Below, piece after piece: positions 41,593 to 51,168 of a stretch of DNA of 64,000 bases. A model generated the notes under the pieces. It ran no database searches and was not told the origin of the DNA. It worked only from the letters and a program-made list of their open reading frames with translations. The translations under genes were made by a program, and so were the position numbers. Numbering within the stretch: the first letter of the stretch is position 1; each line of letters opens with the position of its first letter. Source of the stretch: an uncultured bacterium (GTDB taxonomy: Bacteria > Verrucomicrobiota > Kiritimatiellia > PWTM01); contig CALLFZ010000003.1 of NCBI GenBank assembly GCA_938010045.1, positions 105,961-169,960 on the forward strand. The letters are read 5' to 3'.

Positions 41593-43066
41593 CACCGAAC
41601 AGTATCGCGCCGAACACGCCCGCCCGCAAACCTCCGGGCGCGCGCCTCCTGCGGCCTCGGCACGCCGGCCAGCGCCAGCCAGGCCTGCGAGGCCCACGAA
41701 ATCTGTCGCGATTCGCCGCTCACAAATCGGCCAAGCCGCTCGTCCCGAAGCTCCCGCCGCGCCGCTGTGACCATGCGCTCGATCGCGAGGGGCAAAAACG
41801 GCACGTCGCGCTCGCGCCCGAGTCGCCGCGCCAGCTCAAGCGTTGCGCGCAACCCGTACAGGATCGTTCCCGGCCCCGCCGCTTGGCGGTCCAGCTTGCG
41901 ATCCCAGTCCACGAAGAGCCACCAGTTGCCCGGATCGCGGAACAGGCCGTCCGGCCCGACCGGTTCGAGCGTGAATTCGAGCAGCCGCACCACCATTGGC
42001 CAGAGCTCCTCCGCCGTATCGCGGTCGCCGGAGGCCACGAGGTCGTCGAGCACCGTCGGCGCGAACAGCGCGGTGTAGTCGAGGATGTTGTGGCGACTGC
42101 GTACCGGCGCGGGCCGCTCGAAGAGGCACGTCGCCACGAGCCCCCGGTCGGTCGCGGTGCCCGCGTGCAGGTAGATGCAGGTAAAGGCAGCGCCGAACCC
42201 GATCGAAGTTTCGAAAGGTCGCGTAGTTCGCGAGCGCCTGCAAGCGCAGATCGCCCAGCCAGAGGCGGCAGTCGCGCTTCGGGCCGTCCTCGAACACCGT
42301 CGGCATACAGTTGCGGAGAGTGCGCCGCGCGATGTCGTCGAGACGCCGCTGCGGTTCGCTCAGTCCTGCCGGCGGCGGCGGCGCGCGCGTCTCGTCGGCC
42401 GCGGTCACCGCCTCGACGCGCGGCGCGCGAACGATCACGGGAGCATGCGGGCTGCTGGCCACCACCTCGACACGCACGTAGCGGAACGCATACCGCCGAG
42501 GAAACCGCACCTCGGCCGGCGTGTCATCGACGTGGATGACTTCGTCCTGCAACCACGATCGCGCGAGCGTGCCCGGATAGGGATCGAACGGCTCTCCGAG
42601 CTCGGCGGGCGTCTCCGCGAAGACGGCGCGCAATCGGACGGGCGCGTCAATCGGATGCGCCGCTGGCATGATTGAGACGGCGAAGTAACCGACCCCATGC
42701 TCGCCGAAGTCAAGCGCGAATTCGTCGCCCGGCTGTACCGGCCGCCGATCGAGCTCGGTAAGGATCGCCCGTCCTCTCCACCCGCCAGCCCTGGAATGCG
42801 GCGGCATGCGCGACCGGCCTCACCAGCGCGCGTGGTTCGACCAGACGGCGGCGCAGCTCCGGTTGCAGGGCCTCCGCGCGCTCGAGCCAGCGCGGCCGCG
42901 CCTCCAACACGCGCGCTTGCCACGGCGCGAATCACCTTGCGGGCTCCACACCGAGCTCCCTCAGCAAGGAGGGCCGTCCGTCCGGCGCCAGCGGCCCTGC
43001 GCCCGCTGCCCCCACGCCGACGAGCGCAACCAGCACACCGAGTGTGCAGACCTGTTGGCCCTGCAT
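41592..43066 (-). pseudogene. Disrupted GH78 alpha-L-rhamnosidase-like gene
   Basis: Signal peptide followed by in-frame TGA at about 42932, frameshifts near 42765 and 42170; motifs LDFGEH.VGY, SWLQDE, RRYAFRY, FEDGPKRD.RLWLGD, FVDW; C-terminus missing. Confidence 0.8.
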
Positions 43067-43068
43067 GT

Positions 43069-44013
43069 TCAATCTGCCCTGCGGCGCTGCTGCTCGAGGA
43101 ACCGCAACAACCGTCCGAGCATCTCGACGCCGGCCATGATCACGCCCCGCGCGCGCGCCGCCGCCGCGGGCCGCTCGTAGATCGCCTCGATTTCCATCGG
43201 CCGGCCGGCGTCGAAGTCCAGCTTCATGCTCGGCGCGTAGGGCACCATCTGATCGGTGAGCTCGAACATGTGATCGAGGAACGAGTCCGGGATTTCGCGC
43301 CCCCACGCGCGCGCGCCGGCCTGCAGTTCCCGCATCAGCGAACGGGCCAGCTCGCGCGTCGCCATCGTTTCGACCAGTGCGCGCGTGTTCGTGTCGAGCA
43401 CGACGCAGAGGCCGCTGAAGGGTACGTTCCAGATCAGTTTTTTCCAGCGCGCCTCGAGCAAGTCCGGCGCCGCCTCGGTTTCGATGCCGGCGCCAGCCAG
43501 GTCCTCCGCTACCGCACGCACTGCCGCTGCGAGCTCCGGCGCCGATGCGCTCGCGGGGTGCCCCGCGATCGTCACCTTCCCGTAGTCCAGATGCCGGATG
43601 TGCGCCGGACCGACGCGCTGACTACACAAAAAGCAGAGGCCACCGAGCACCGGATGACCGGGCACCGCCGCCATCGCCTCCTCCTCCACGCCGAGGCCGT
43701 TCTGCATCATCAGCACCGCCGCGCCCGGCCGTTGAGACGCCGGCGGCAGCCACCGGGGCAGGTCGGCGTTTCCTGTCGTTTTGATCGCAACGGCAATGAT
43801 ATCGGCCGGCGGAAGATCCTCGGGTCGCTCGAACGCAGCCGGCGAGGGAATCCGCCAGACCTCACCGCGACGTTCCACGACCAGGCCGTGTTCTCGCCAT
43901 GCCTGGGCGCCGCGGCGCAAAAGCCAGCGTACTGGATGACCTGCGCGAGCGAGCGCGGCGCCGTAGTACCCCGCGACGCCGCCGCCCCCAATGAATGTCC
44001 AGGCACGCTTCAC
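43069..44013 (-). CDS. panE: 2-dehydropantoate 2-reductase family
   Basis: IGGGGVAGYYG, QNGLGVEE, RWKKLIWN, PSMKLDF...MEIEAI; GTGA overlap. Confidence 0.88.
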   Translation of the reverse strand: MKRAWTFIGGGGVAGYYGAALARAGHPVRWLLRRGAQAWREHGLVVERRGEVWRIPSPAAFERPEDLPPADIIAVAIKTTGNADLPRWLPPASQRPGAAVLMMQNGLGVEEEAMAAVPGHPVLGGLCFLCSQRVGPAHIRHLDYGKVTIAGHPASASAPELAAAVRAVAEDLAGAGIETEAAPDLLEARWKKLIWNVPFSGLCVVLDTNTRALVETMATRELARSLMRELQAGARAWGREIPDSFLDHMFELTDQMVPYAPSMKLDFDAGRPMEIEAIYERPAAAARARGVIMAGVEMLGRLLRFLEQQRRRAD

Positions 44014-44924
44014 GACGATGAAGCGCGCCGCCGCATCCACTCGTCCGCGCGGGCTCGCATCGCGCGAATGTGCGCGGGCGTCGTGCCGCAGCAGCCCCCA
44101 ACGATCCCCGCGCCCGCCTCGACCAACCGCGGCAGCCAGGCGGCAAGCTCCTCCGGTCCGTCCGGCCAGGTCTGGCATCCCTGCACCAGCGTCGGCCGGC
44201 CGGCATTCGGCTGCACAAGGATGGGCACCGAGGGCTCCGCGGCGCGGATGGCCTGCACGATGGCCAGCGCCGCCTCTCCGCCCGCCACGCAGTTCGCGCC
44301 GACGATGTCCGCCCCCGCCTCGAGCGCCGCGCGGGCGGCCTCCGCGGGATCGTTCCCCATCATGGTGCGGTACTCGCCCACCGAGGCCGGCGAGAATGTG
44401 AACGTGCAGATGACCTCGCGCGCGCCGGCCGCCCGCGCCGCGCGCACCGCGATCGCGGCCTCGTCGGTCGCGCTCATCGTTTCGACGCAGATCGCGTCCG
44501 CCCCGCCCCGCAGCAGCGCGGCGGCCTGCTCCGCAAACGCATCGAACAGCTCCGCCTCGCTCACATCCCCCATCATCAGTAATCGCCCGCTCGGTCCCAC
44601 CGAACCGGCCACCCACCGGCCGTCCCCGGCCGCCTCGCGCGATATGCGAGCGGCCGCTTCGTTGAACTCGGGAGCGCGCGCTGCCAGTCCGTGATCGCCA
44701 AGCCGAATGCGGTTGCCGCCGAAACTGTTCGTCTCGATCACGTCGGCGCCCGCCTCGATATACGCGCGAGCGACGCCGCCCACGAGCGCCGGCTGCTCGA
44801 GGCACCAGCGCTCGGGGCACTCACCCGGTGGCAATCCGAGCGCCTGAAGCTGAGTGCCCCACGCGCCGTCGCCCACCAGAATCCGGCCGGTGGCGACCAC
44901 CTCGCTCAATTTCGCCCGTGTCAT
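44010..44924 (-). CDS. Stand-alone homocysteine S-methyltransferase domain protein (MetH Hcy-binding domain)
   Basis: DGAWGT, ETNSFG, GSVGP, GANC, PNAG.P, GGCCGTTP zinc ligands. Confidence 0.9.
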   Translation of the reverse strand: MTRAKLSEVVATGRILVGDGAWGTQLQALGLPPGECPERWCLEQPALVGGVARAYIEAGADVIETNSFGGNRIRLGDHGLAARAPEFNEAAARISREAAGDGRWVAGSVGPSGRLLMMGDVSEAELFDAFAEQAAALLRGGADAICVETMSATDEAAIAVRAARAAGAREVICTFTFSPASVGEYRTMMGNDPAEAARAALEAGADIVGANCVAGGEAALAIVQAIRAAEPSVPILVQPNAGRPTLVQGCQTWPDGPEELAAWLPRLVEAGAGIVGGCCGTTPAHIRAMRARADEWMRRRASSS

Positions 44925-45073
44925 GTGCGGCCTCCGGCTGACCCCCGCATTCCGCTCACCACAATAGCGAACCGTCCACGAGGCGGGCAAACCATTGCGC
45001 TTCGGCTCCGTTGCACCGGGCCAGCGGCGCCAACCAGCGAGCCCGCGAGCGAGTGCCTCCGCCAGGCAAGAGT

Positions 45074-45122
45074 CGTCCAAACCTTGGACGTTCCCCGGCC
45101 AGTGTCGTCCAAAGATTGGAGG
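45074..45122. repeat. Paired 17-bp palindrome element, copy 2
   Basis: cgtccaaaccttggacg (45074-45090) and cgtccaaagattggagg (45106-45122); 32-bp offset. Confidence 0.8.
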
Positions 45123-45230
45123 GGCGTGCAGGGGCCGGCTCGCGCACGGGCTCGCCGTGACCATCGTCGCGCTGATCCCCGCACTGCGCCGGCTTGACAG
45201 CCTTCCGAGCGCGCGCCCATCGTGACTGCG

Positions 45231-46550
45231 ATGAGCCCTGACGACGTCCTTATCCGCAACGCGCGGGTGTGGCCCGCCTGGGACGCTCCCCTGATCCATG
45301 ATGGTTCGATCCTGATTTCGGGCGAGCGCATCGAGCGGGTGGGGCGGTTCACCGCCCGTGCCCGCACCGTGATCGACGCCGGCGGCGCGCTCGTAATGCC
45401 CGGCTTGATCCACGCCCACGTGCACCTCTGCCAGACGCTCTTTCGCGGTGCTGCAGAGGACCGCCCCCTGCTCACTTGGCTGCGCGAACGCATCTGGCCC
45501 CTGGAGGCGGCGCACGACGCGTTCACGCTGGAGGTCTCCGCCCAGCTCGGCGCGGCCGAGATGATCCGCGGTGGCACGACGGGATTCGCCTCGATGGAAA
45601 CCGTGCGCGGCACCGAGGTCGTGCTCGATACGGTCGCGCGCATCGGCCTGCCGGGGATCGTCGGGCACTGTCTCATGGACGAGACCGGCGGCTACGCGCC
45701 GCTCGCGGTGCCGATCGACGACGCCCTCGCCGCCTGTGACGCGCTACTCTCTCTGAGCCAGAGTCACCGCTGGGTGCGGCCCGGGGTCGCGCCGCGATTT
45801 GCGCTCTCGTGTTCCGAGCGGAATTTGATCGAAGCAGCCGCCTTCGCGCGCGATCGTGGGCTACGGCTGCACACGCACGCCTCCGAACAGGTTCCCGAGA
45901 TCGAGTGGGTCCGCGAACGCACGGGGCGCGACAACGTGGCGTATCTGCGGGATTGCGGCGTGGCCGGCCCGGACGTGTTGCTGGCGCACTGCGTGCACGT
46001 GGACTCGGTGGAGCGCGCGATTCTGGCGGACACCGGCAGTCATGTGGTGCATTGTCCCTCGGCCAACTGGAAACTCGGCTCGGGCATCGCGCCGGTGCCG
46101 GAGATGCTTGCGGAGGGCATTTCCGTGGCCCTCGGGGCGGACGGTGCCTCCTGCAACAATCGTCTCGACATGTTCGCCGAGATGCGGCTGGCGGGCCTGG
46201 CCCAGTCGCTTCGACGCGGACCGGGTGGGCTCCCGGCACGGGAGATCGTGCGACTCGCCACCGAGGGCGGCGCGGCGGCGCTCGGCTGGGGCGGCCACGT
46301 CGGGCGGCTCGAGCCCGGCTGGCGGGCGGATGTGATCCTGATCGAGCTCGACGATCTCTCCGTGACACCGGCCGAGGATCCCGCCACCGCGGTGGTCTAC
46401 TCGGCGCATCCGGGGTGCGTATCGCTGACGATGGCCGCCGGCCGCATCTTGTATGAAAACGGCGAGTTCACGACTCTCGATGCCGACCGCCTTCGCGCGG
46501 ACGTTCGCGAGGCGCGCCGGCGTCTTCTGAGCCGGGCGGGCCTGGCCTGA
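45231..46550 (+). CDS. Amidohydrolase; 5'-deoxyadenosine/MTA/SAH deaminase-like
   Basis: PGLIHAHVHLCQTLFRG, HTHASE, LAHCVH, HCPSANWKLGSG, GADGASCNN.LD. Confidence 0.88.
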   Translation: MSPDDVLIRNARVWPAWDAPLIHDGSILISGERIERVGRFTARARTVIDAGGALVMPGLIHAHVHLCQTLFRGAAEDRPLLTWLRERIWPLEAAHDAFTLEVSAQLGAAEMIRGGTTGFASMETVRGTEVVLDTVARIGLPGIVGHCLMDETGGYAPLAVPIDDALAACDALLSLSQSHRWVRPGVAPRFALSCSERNLIEAAAFARDRGLRLHTHASEQVPEIEWVRERTGRDNVAYLRDCGVAGPDVLLAHCVHVDSVERAILADTGSHVVHCPSANWKLGSGIAPVPEMLAEGISVALGADGASCNNRLDMFAEMRLAGLAQSLRRGPGGLPAREIVRLATEGGAAALGWGGHVGRLEPGWRADVILIELDDLSVTPAEDPATAVVYSAHPGCVSLTMAAGRILYENGEFTTLDADRLRADVREARRRLLSRAGLA

Positions 46551-46698
46551 ACGCCGTGCGCCGTTGTCGCCGCCGCCGGTGTGTTCCCCGTAGTCCCACG
46601 CATGTGGAGTGACCGTCGGGGCCCGCCGCCGGCGGCGGCAACCGCCGGGTTCTCGCCGCGGTCGAGCCCCCCGGTTGTGGAAGGTGAGGCGTCCGTGT

Positions 46699-47622
46699 TC
46701 AGCGGCCGGCGGGGGTGGGCCGCGCCGGTTCGGTCGGCGGGTTCGTGCCGGCGGGGCGCACACTCATCCAGGCGCGGCGGAAGGCTTCGGCGCGCATTTC
46801 GGCGACCTCTCGGGCAGCGCGTTCACGCTGCAGTTCGTCCCGAAGTGTTGGCTCGCGTTCGGCGGTTCCCGCCGGGAGCGCGGCGGCGCGGGCGGCGTCG
46901 CGCGCGCGCAGCCGCTGTTCCAGCTCATCGAGCCTCGACCGCGTTTGGCGCAATTCCTCACGTAGGCGGTCGCGCTCGGTTTCTGCGCCCACGCGGTGCT
47001 CTTCCGAAAGCTCGTATAGCGACTGCCATGTCTTCTTTTCGGCGGCGAACATTTCGTGGAGCCGGCGGATCTCCTCGGGTTGCGCGGCGGCGGTGGGTGG
47101 CGGCGGGGCGCGGGGCGACGCCTCGCGGGCGGCGGCCTCCAGCTCGGCGACCTTCCGGCGCAGCTCAGCCAGCTCGCGGGTGCGCTCTTCGAGGAGCGCC
47201 CGTACTTCGCGCATGCCGCCCACTCCTTCGGCGGGCGGCGCGGCGGCGAGCCGGGCCTCGAGTGCCCGAATGCGCGCCGCATCCTCACGGGCCTGGCGCA
47301 CAAGCCCTTCGCGCTCGGCTTCGGCGGCCGCCGCGACGCGGGAGACCGCCGCGAGACGCGCGTTGGCCTCGTCGAGGCGGCGGCGCAGCGATTCGTTTTC
47401 GGAGCGCCGGCGCTCGAGCTCTTCGGACAACTCGCGGGCTCGGTGGCGCAGCGCCGCGGCCGACTGCTCGGCGGCGGCGAGCCGATCGGCCAGCCGCGCG
47501 GCGCCGGGATCGGGCTCAACCGGTTCGTTGGCCCGCGAGAGCAGCGCGAGCGCGAGTAGGCTAGCGAGGATCGTCGCGGCGGCGGGGCTGCTATTGCGCG
47601 AGGCGCTGCTCGAGCTGCGCAT
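46699..47622 (-). CDS. Exported long coiled-coil protein; start uncertain
   Basis: Hydrophobic TILASLLALALL followed by E/R/A/L heptads along nearly its whole length. Confidence 0.7.
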   Translation of the reverse strand: MRSSSSASRNSSPAAATILASLLALALLSRANEPVEPDPGAARLADRLAAAEQSAAALRHRARELSEELERRRSENESLRRRLDEANARLAAVSRVAAAAEAEREGLVRQAREDAARIRALEARLAAAPPAEGVGGMREVRALLEERTRELAELRRKVAELEAAAREASPRAPPPPTAAAQPEEIRRLHEMFAAEKKTWQSLYELSEEHRVGAETERDRLREELRQTRSRLDELEQRLRARDAARAAALPAGTAEREPTLRDELQRERAAREVAEMRAEAFRRAWMSVRPAGTNPPTEPARPTPAGR

Positions 47623-49705
47623 CGGGGGGTTCTCCAAGCTCGAGGGCGCGGCGATAGAGCGCGCGGACCTCCTCAATCGGGGGATTGCGTTGCATCACCA
47701 GCAACGCGGCGAGGTTGAAGTGGGCCTTGCCGTCGGTCGGGTCGAGTCGGATGACCTCGCGGTATTCGGCGATCGCGTCATCGAGGCGGTTAAGCTTGTA
47801 GCAGGCGATCGCGAAATCGCGGTGATAGGTCGCATCGGTGGGGTCGAGCGCGACGGCTTTCGCCAACGCGCGGCCCGCGCTGCGGAGATTGTTGTCGCGG
47901 GCCTCGACGAGACCGCGGAGGTGGTGGCCGCCGGCGAGATGGGGATGCCGCGAGGTGAGCCGTTCGGCGGCGGCTCGGGCGGGACGGAGCTGACCGAGGG
48001 CGAGCGCGGCGCGGCCGTAGCCGAGCAGCGCCTCAGGGTGGTCCGGCGCGACGGTAAGGAGGCGGTCATAAATGCGGATGGCGTCGGCCGGCTGGTTCGA
48101 GCTCAGCAGCGTCGCGGCCTCTGCCAATTGCTGCTGCAGTTCGGGAGGCAGCTCGAGCGCGGCCGGCGCGGGCGCTTCGATGGCCGGCTCCGGAGCTTGT
48201 ACGGCCGGCGCCGGTACGGGCGCAGCGGAGAGGGGGTCGGGCCGCGACAGCGCGCCGCGGACGACCTTTTCCTGAAGTCGGTCGCGTTCGGCGCGGACGC
48301 GGTCAAGCTCGGCGCGCAGGGCGTCGCGCTCGCGTTCGGCCTCGCGTGCCTCGCGGTCGCGCAGATCGAGTTTCGCGGCCAGCGCCTGCAGGCGGGCTTC
48401 GGCGCGGCGGAGGTGTTCGCGGGTCTCGGCCAGCGCGGTCTCAGTGGCGGTATCGGAGGTGGCGGAGCGCCGGGCGGTTTCGAACTCATGGAGCCGGAGC
48501 TGTAGCGCGGCGGCCTGTTCGCGCGCGGCGTCGCGCTCCGCGATCGCCTGGTCGAGCCGCGCGCGGAGTTCCTGTGTGGCGCCGGCGGCGGGCTCGGCGG
48601 CGCTTTTGAGGGCGCGTCCGAGTTCGCGAATCCGCTCGCGGTCGTCGCGGCTGGCGGCCTCGAGGCGTTCGAGCTCGCCCCGCAGTTTCTCCACTTCGGC
48701 CGCGGCGGCGGCGCGTTCGGCGGCGACGCGTTTGAGTTCCCGCTCGAGCGCGACGATCCGCTCGGTGGCCTCGTCGGCGGCGGGCCGTTCGGCGGCCTTC
48801 AGCTCGCGGATTTGTTCGCGGGCGGCGTGCAGTTGGGCGGCGAGGGATTCCGCGCGCGCCGCTGCGGCTGCGGCCTCGCGGCGGGCCTCGCGTACCTGCG
48901 TATCCCGTGCGGCGATTTCGTGAGGGGCGGCGGCCGTAGCGGCTTCCAGTTCGCGCACTCGCGCCTGGAGCGAGGCGATCTGTTCGCGATGCTGCGCGGC
49001 CTGCTGTTCCGCGGCTTCGGCGCGGCGGCGAAGGTCATCGCGTTCAGTTTCGGCGGCGCGGAGCGCAGCGAGGGCTTCGCGATGTTGGGCGGCAGAGACG
49101 CTCTCGCGCGCTGCGGCGAGGGCGCGCTCCAGGGCGCTGGCGCGCTCGATCGCAGCGTCGAGATCGCTCCGGAGGTTGCGGGCCCTCTCGTCGGCAGCGT
49201 CTGCGCGCGCCGTTGCGCGGCGGAGGTCTTCCCGGAGCGAGGCGAGCTCCGCCCGGGCGGTCTCGCGTTCCGTCTGCAACTGATCGAGCGCGGCTTCGAG
49301 TTCGCGAAGCCGCTCGGTGGGGGCGGCGGCGGGGGCCGGCCCCGAAGCCGTGGTCGCGCGCGCGCCGGGCTGAGCGAGGAGCGCCGCGATACGTTGGCGG
49401 CAGTAGTCCATGCGGTAGTCGAGGGCGGCCGGCTTGTAGTCCGGCCGTTCGCGGCGCAGCTGTTCGAAGAGCGTGAGCGCGTGTTGATAGCCGGCCAGGG
49501 CGCGGGCCAAGTCGCCGGACTCAAGGGCGCGATCGGCGGCGAGCATCTCTTGATAGGCGGGCTTTTCCGGCAGATCGCCGGAGGCGGCGACGGCGAACGA
49601 CGGCAGCAACGCCGCGAGCACGATCGCCGCGCTTCGGCGACATCGGCTGCGGCGCGCTCTAGGGCGCGGTGTCGGGTTCTCGCAAACGTTGTTCGATCCG
49701 TTCAT
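47591..49705 (-). CDS. Exported coiled-coil protein with C-terminal TPRs
   Basis: Signal peptide; about 400 aa of heptads; TPRs ending FNLAALL..PP...LYRRALELGEPPDAQLEQRL. Confidence 0.8.
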   Translation of the reverse strand: MNGSNNVCENPTPRPRARRSRCRRSAAIVLAALLPSFAVAASGDLPEKPAYQEMLAADRALESGDLARALAGYQHALTLFEQLRRERPDYKPAALDYRMDYCRQRIAALLAQPGARATTASGPAPAAAPTERLRELEAALDQLQTERETARAELASLREDLRRATARADAADERARNLRSDLDAAIERASALERALAAARESVSAAQHREALAALRAAETERDDLRRRAEAAEQQAAQHREQIASLQARVRELEAATAAAPHEIAARDTQVREARREAAAAAARAESLAAQLHAAREQIRELKAAERPAADEATERIVALERELKRVAAERAAAAAEVEKLRGELERLEAASRDDRERIRELGRALKSAAEPAAGATQELRARLDQAIAERDAAREQAAALQLRLHEFETARRSATSDTATETALAETREHLRRAEARLQALAAKLDLRDREAREAERERDALRAELDRVRAERDRLQEKVVRGALSRPDPLSAAPVPAPAVQAPEPAIEAPAPAALELPPELQQQLAEAATLLSSNQPADAIRIYDRLLTVAPDHPEALLGYGRAALALGQLRPARAAAERLTSRHPHLAGGHHLRGLVEARDNNLRSAGRALAKAVALDPTDATYHRDFAIACYKLNRLDDAIAEYREVIRLDPTDGKAHFNLAALLVMQRNPPIEEVRALYRRALELGEPPDAQLEQRLAQ

Positions 49706-51125
49706 CGTTCGGCTCTCCCAGCTCGATCGCGCGACGGTAGCAGTCGGCCGCTCGGCGGCGGTTGGGCGGCGTGGTTTTGAGCAAACAGACGGCGGCGTTG
49801 AACCACGATAGGCCGTCGTCGGGATCGAGGCCGGCGGCGGCGATGAAGGTGACGGCGGCCTCGTCGAATCGGCCGGCGTCATGGAACGCGGCGCCGAGCT
49901 CGCGGGCGATGTCGGCGCGCAGCGGCGCGCGCTCGCGAGCTTGGCGCAGCTGGCGCAGCGCCTCGTCGGCGCGGCCGAGGCGCGCGGCGATGCGTCCGGC
50001 GAGCAGCAGGCGGTCGGGGTGATCGGGCGCCGCCGCAAGCAGGTCGCGGGCGAGCCGGTCGGCGGCGGTCAGTTCGCCAGCCTCGAGCAGTGTCTCGGCA
50101 AGCCCCGTGGCGGCCACGGCGTCGCCGGGGCGGAGGTTGAGCGCTTGCGCGTAGAGCGCGCGGGCATCCGCCCAGCGGCCCTCCTCACGCGCAGCGGCGG
50201 CGAGCACGAGCAGGCGGGTCAGCTCGGCCTCGTCCACCTCGTCGGCGGGCACGAGGGTCATCGGGGACGCCGCAACAGCGGCGGGCGGCGGCGCCGCGGT
50301 GGAGGAAAGGATCGGCGTGGGCACGGGCGGCGGGGAGGCGCCGCCGGCGGCCGCGAGGGCGGCGGGCTCGGGCGGTACCGGGACGGCGGCGACCGTGGCG
50401 GCCGGCAGTTCGGGGACGGGACGCGGCACGACGGTGATCGGGGCGGGGGCGGAGGTGACTGAGCCGTCGGGCTCGGGCGGCGGACGAGACTCCGGCATGC
50501 GGTCCACCGGCGTCTCGTCGAGCTCGGTTGTCGGCGACTCCGGCTCAGTGGCGCTGCGAAGCCGCCGCTCCAGGTCGCGCACCGCCGCGCGCAGGCGGAG
50601 CCGTTCGGTGTCGGCCTCGTCGGCGCGCGAACGCTCGCGCTGGAGTGAGGCGACCAGCTCGTCGCGCTCCTGCGTCAGCCGGCGCAGGTCCCGGTGCGCC
50701 GCCTGGAGGCGGTCGTCGAGCTCACGCAGTTCGGCGGCGGTGCGTTCGGCGCGACGGCGAGCGTCGTCGAGATCGGTTTCGAGCCGACCGACGCGCGTCT
50801 GCAGCGCGAGGTTCTCCGATTCCAAGTCCTGCACTCGGGTCTCGAGCTCGCGGCGTCGGGTCTCGGCGGCTTGCTGCGCCGCTCGTGCCCGGCGGAGCTG
50901 GCGGTCCTTCTCGTCCATACGGAGCCGAAGCTGCTCATAGCTGGTGCGAATGCGCGCGACGGCGCTCTCGATCTCGGCCATCGGGTCACCGTCGGGCAAA
51001 GCGGAGGTGGCGTCCGATGCGGACGGCTCCTTCTCGGCGGCCCGTAGGAGACTGCATGCGCATCCAAACGCCGTCGCAAACATGGCGGCTCGAGCGGCCC
51101 GGGCGCTGGCATGGCGGCGAGACAT
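49659..51125 (-). CDS. Exported coiled-coil/Pro-rich/TPR protein, paralogue of the downstream gene
   Basis: Signal peptide; heptads; Pro/Ala linker; C-terminus FNAAVCLL..PP...CYRRAIELGEPNDERIEQRL. Confidence 0.8.
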   Translation of the reverse strand: MSRRHASARAARAAMFATAFGCACSLLRAAEKEPSASDATSALPDGDPMAEIESAVARIRTSYEQLRLRMDEKDRQLRRARAAQQAAETRRRELETRVQDLESENLALQTRVGRLETDLDDARRRAERTAAELRELDDRLQAAHRDLRRLTQERDELVASLQRERSRADEADTERLRLRAAVRDLERRLRSATEPESPTTELDETPVDRMPESRPPPEPDGSVTSAPAPITVVPRPVPELPAATVAAVPVPPEPAALAAAGGASPPPVPTPILSSTAAPPPAAVAASPMTLVPADEVDEAELTRLLVLAAAAREEGRWADARALYAQALNLRPGDAVAATGLAETLLEAGELTAADRLARDLLAAAPDHPDRLLLAGRIAARLGRADEALRQLRQARERAPLRADIARELGAAFHDAGRFDEAAVTFIAAAGLDPDDGLSWFNAAVCLLKTTPPNRRRAADCYRRAIELGEPNDERIEQRLREPDTAP

Positions 51126-51168
51126 CGGTTCTTTTGTGTGGTCCGCGGAGATGCTATAGGAAGCAGCC

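Noticed and set aside
44925-45230. SAM/SAH riboswitch upstream of the methionine-related genes
   Set aside because: Only a GCCAGGC-like fragment is present; I could not assemble a full consensus by eye
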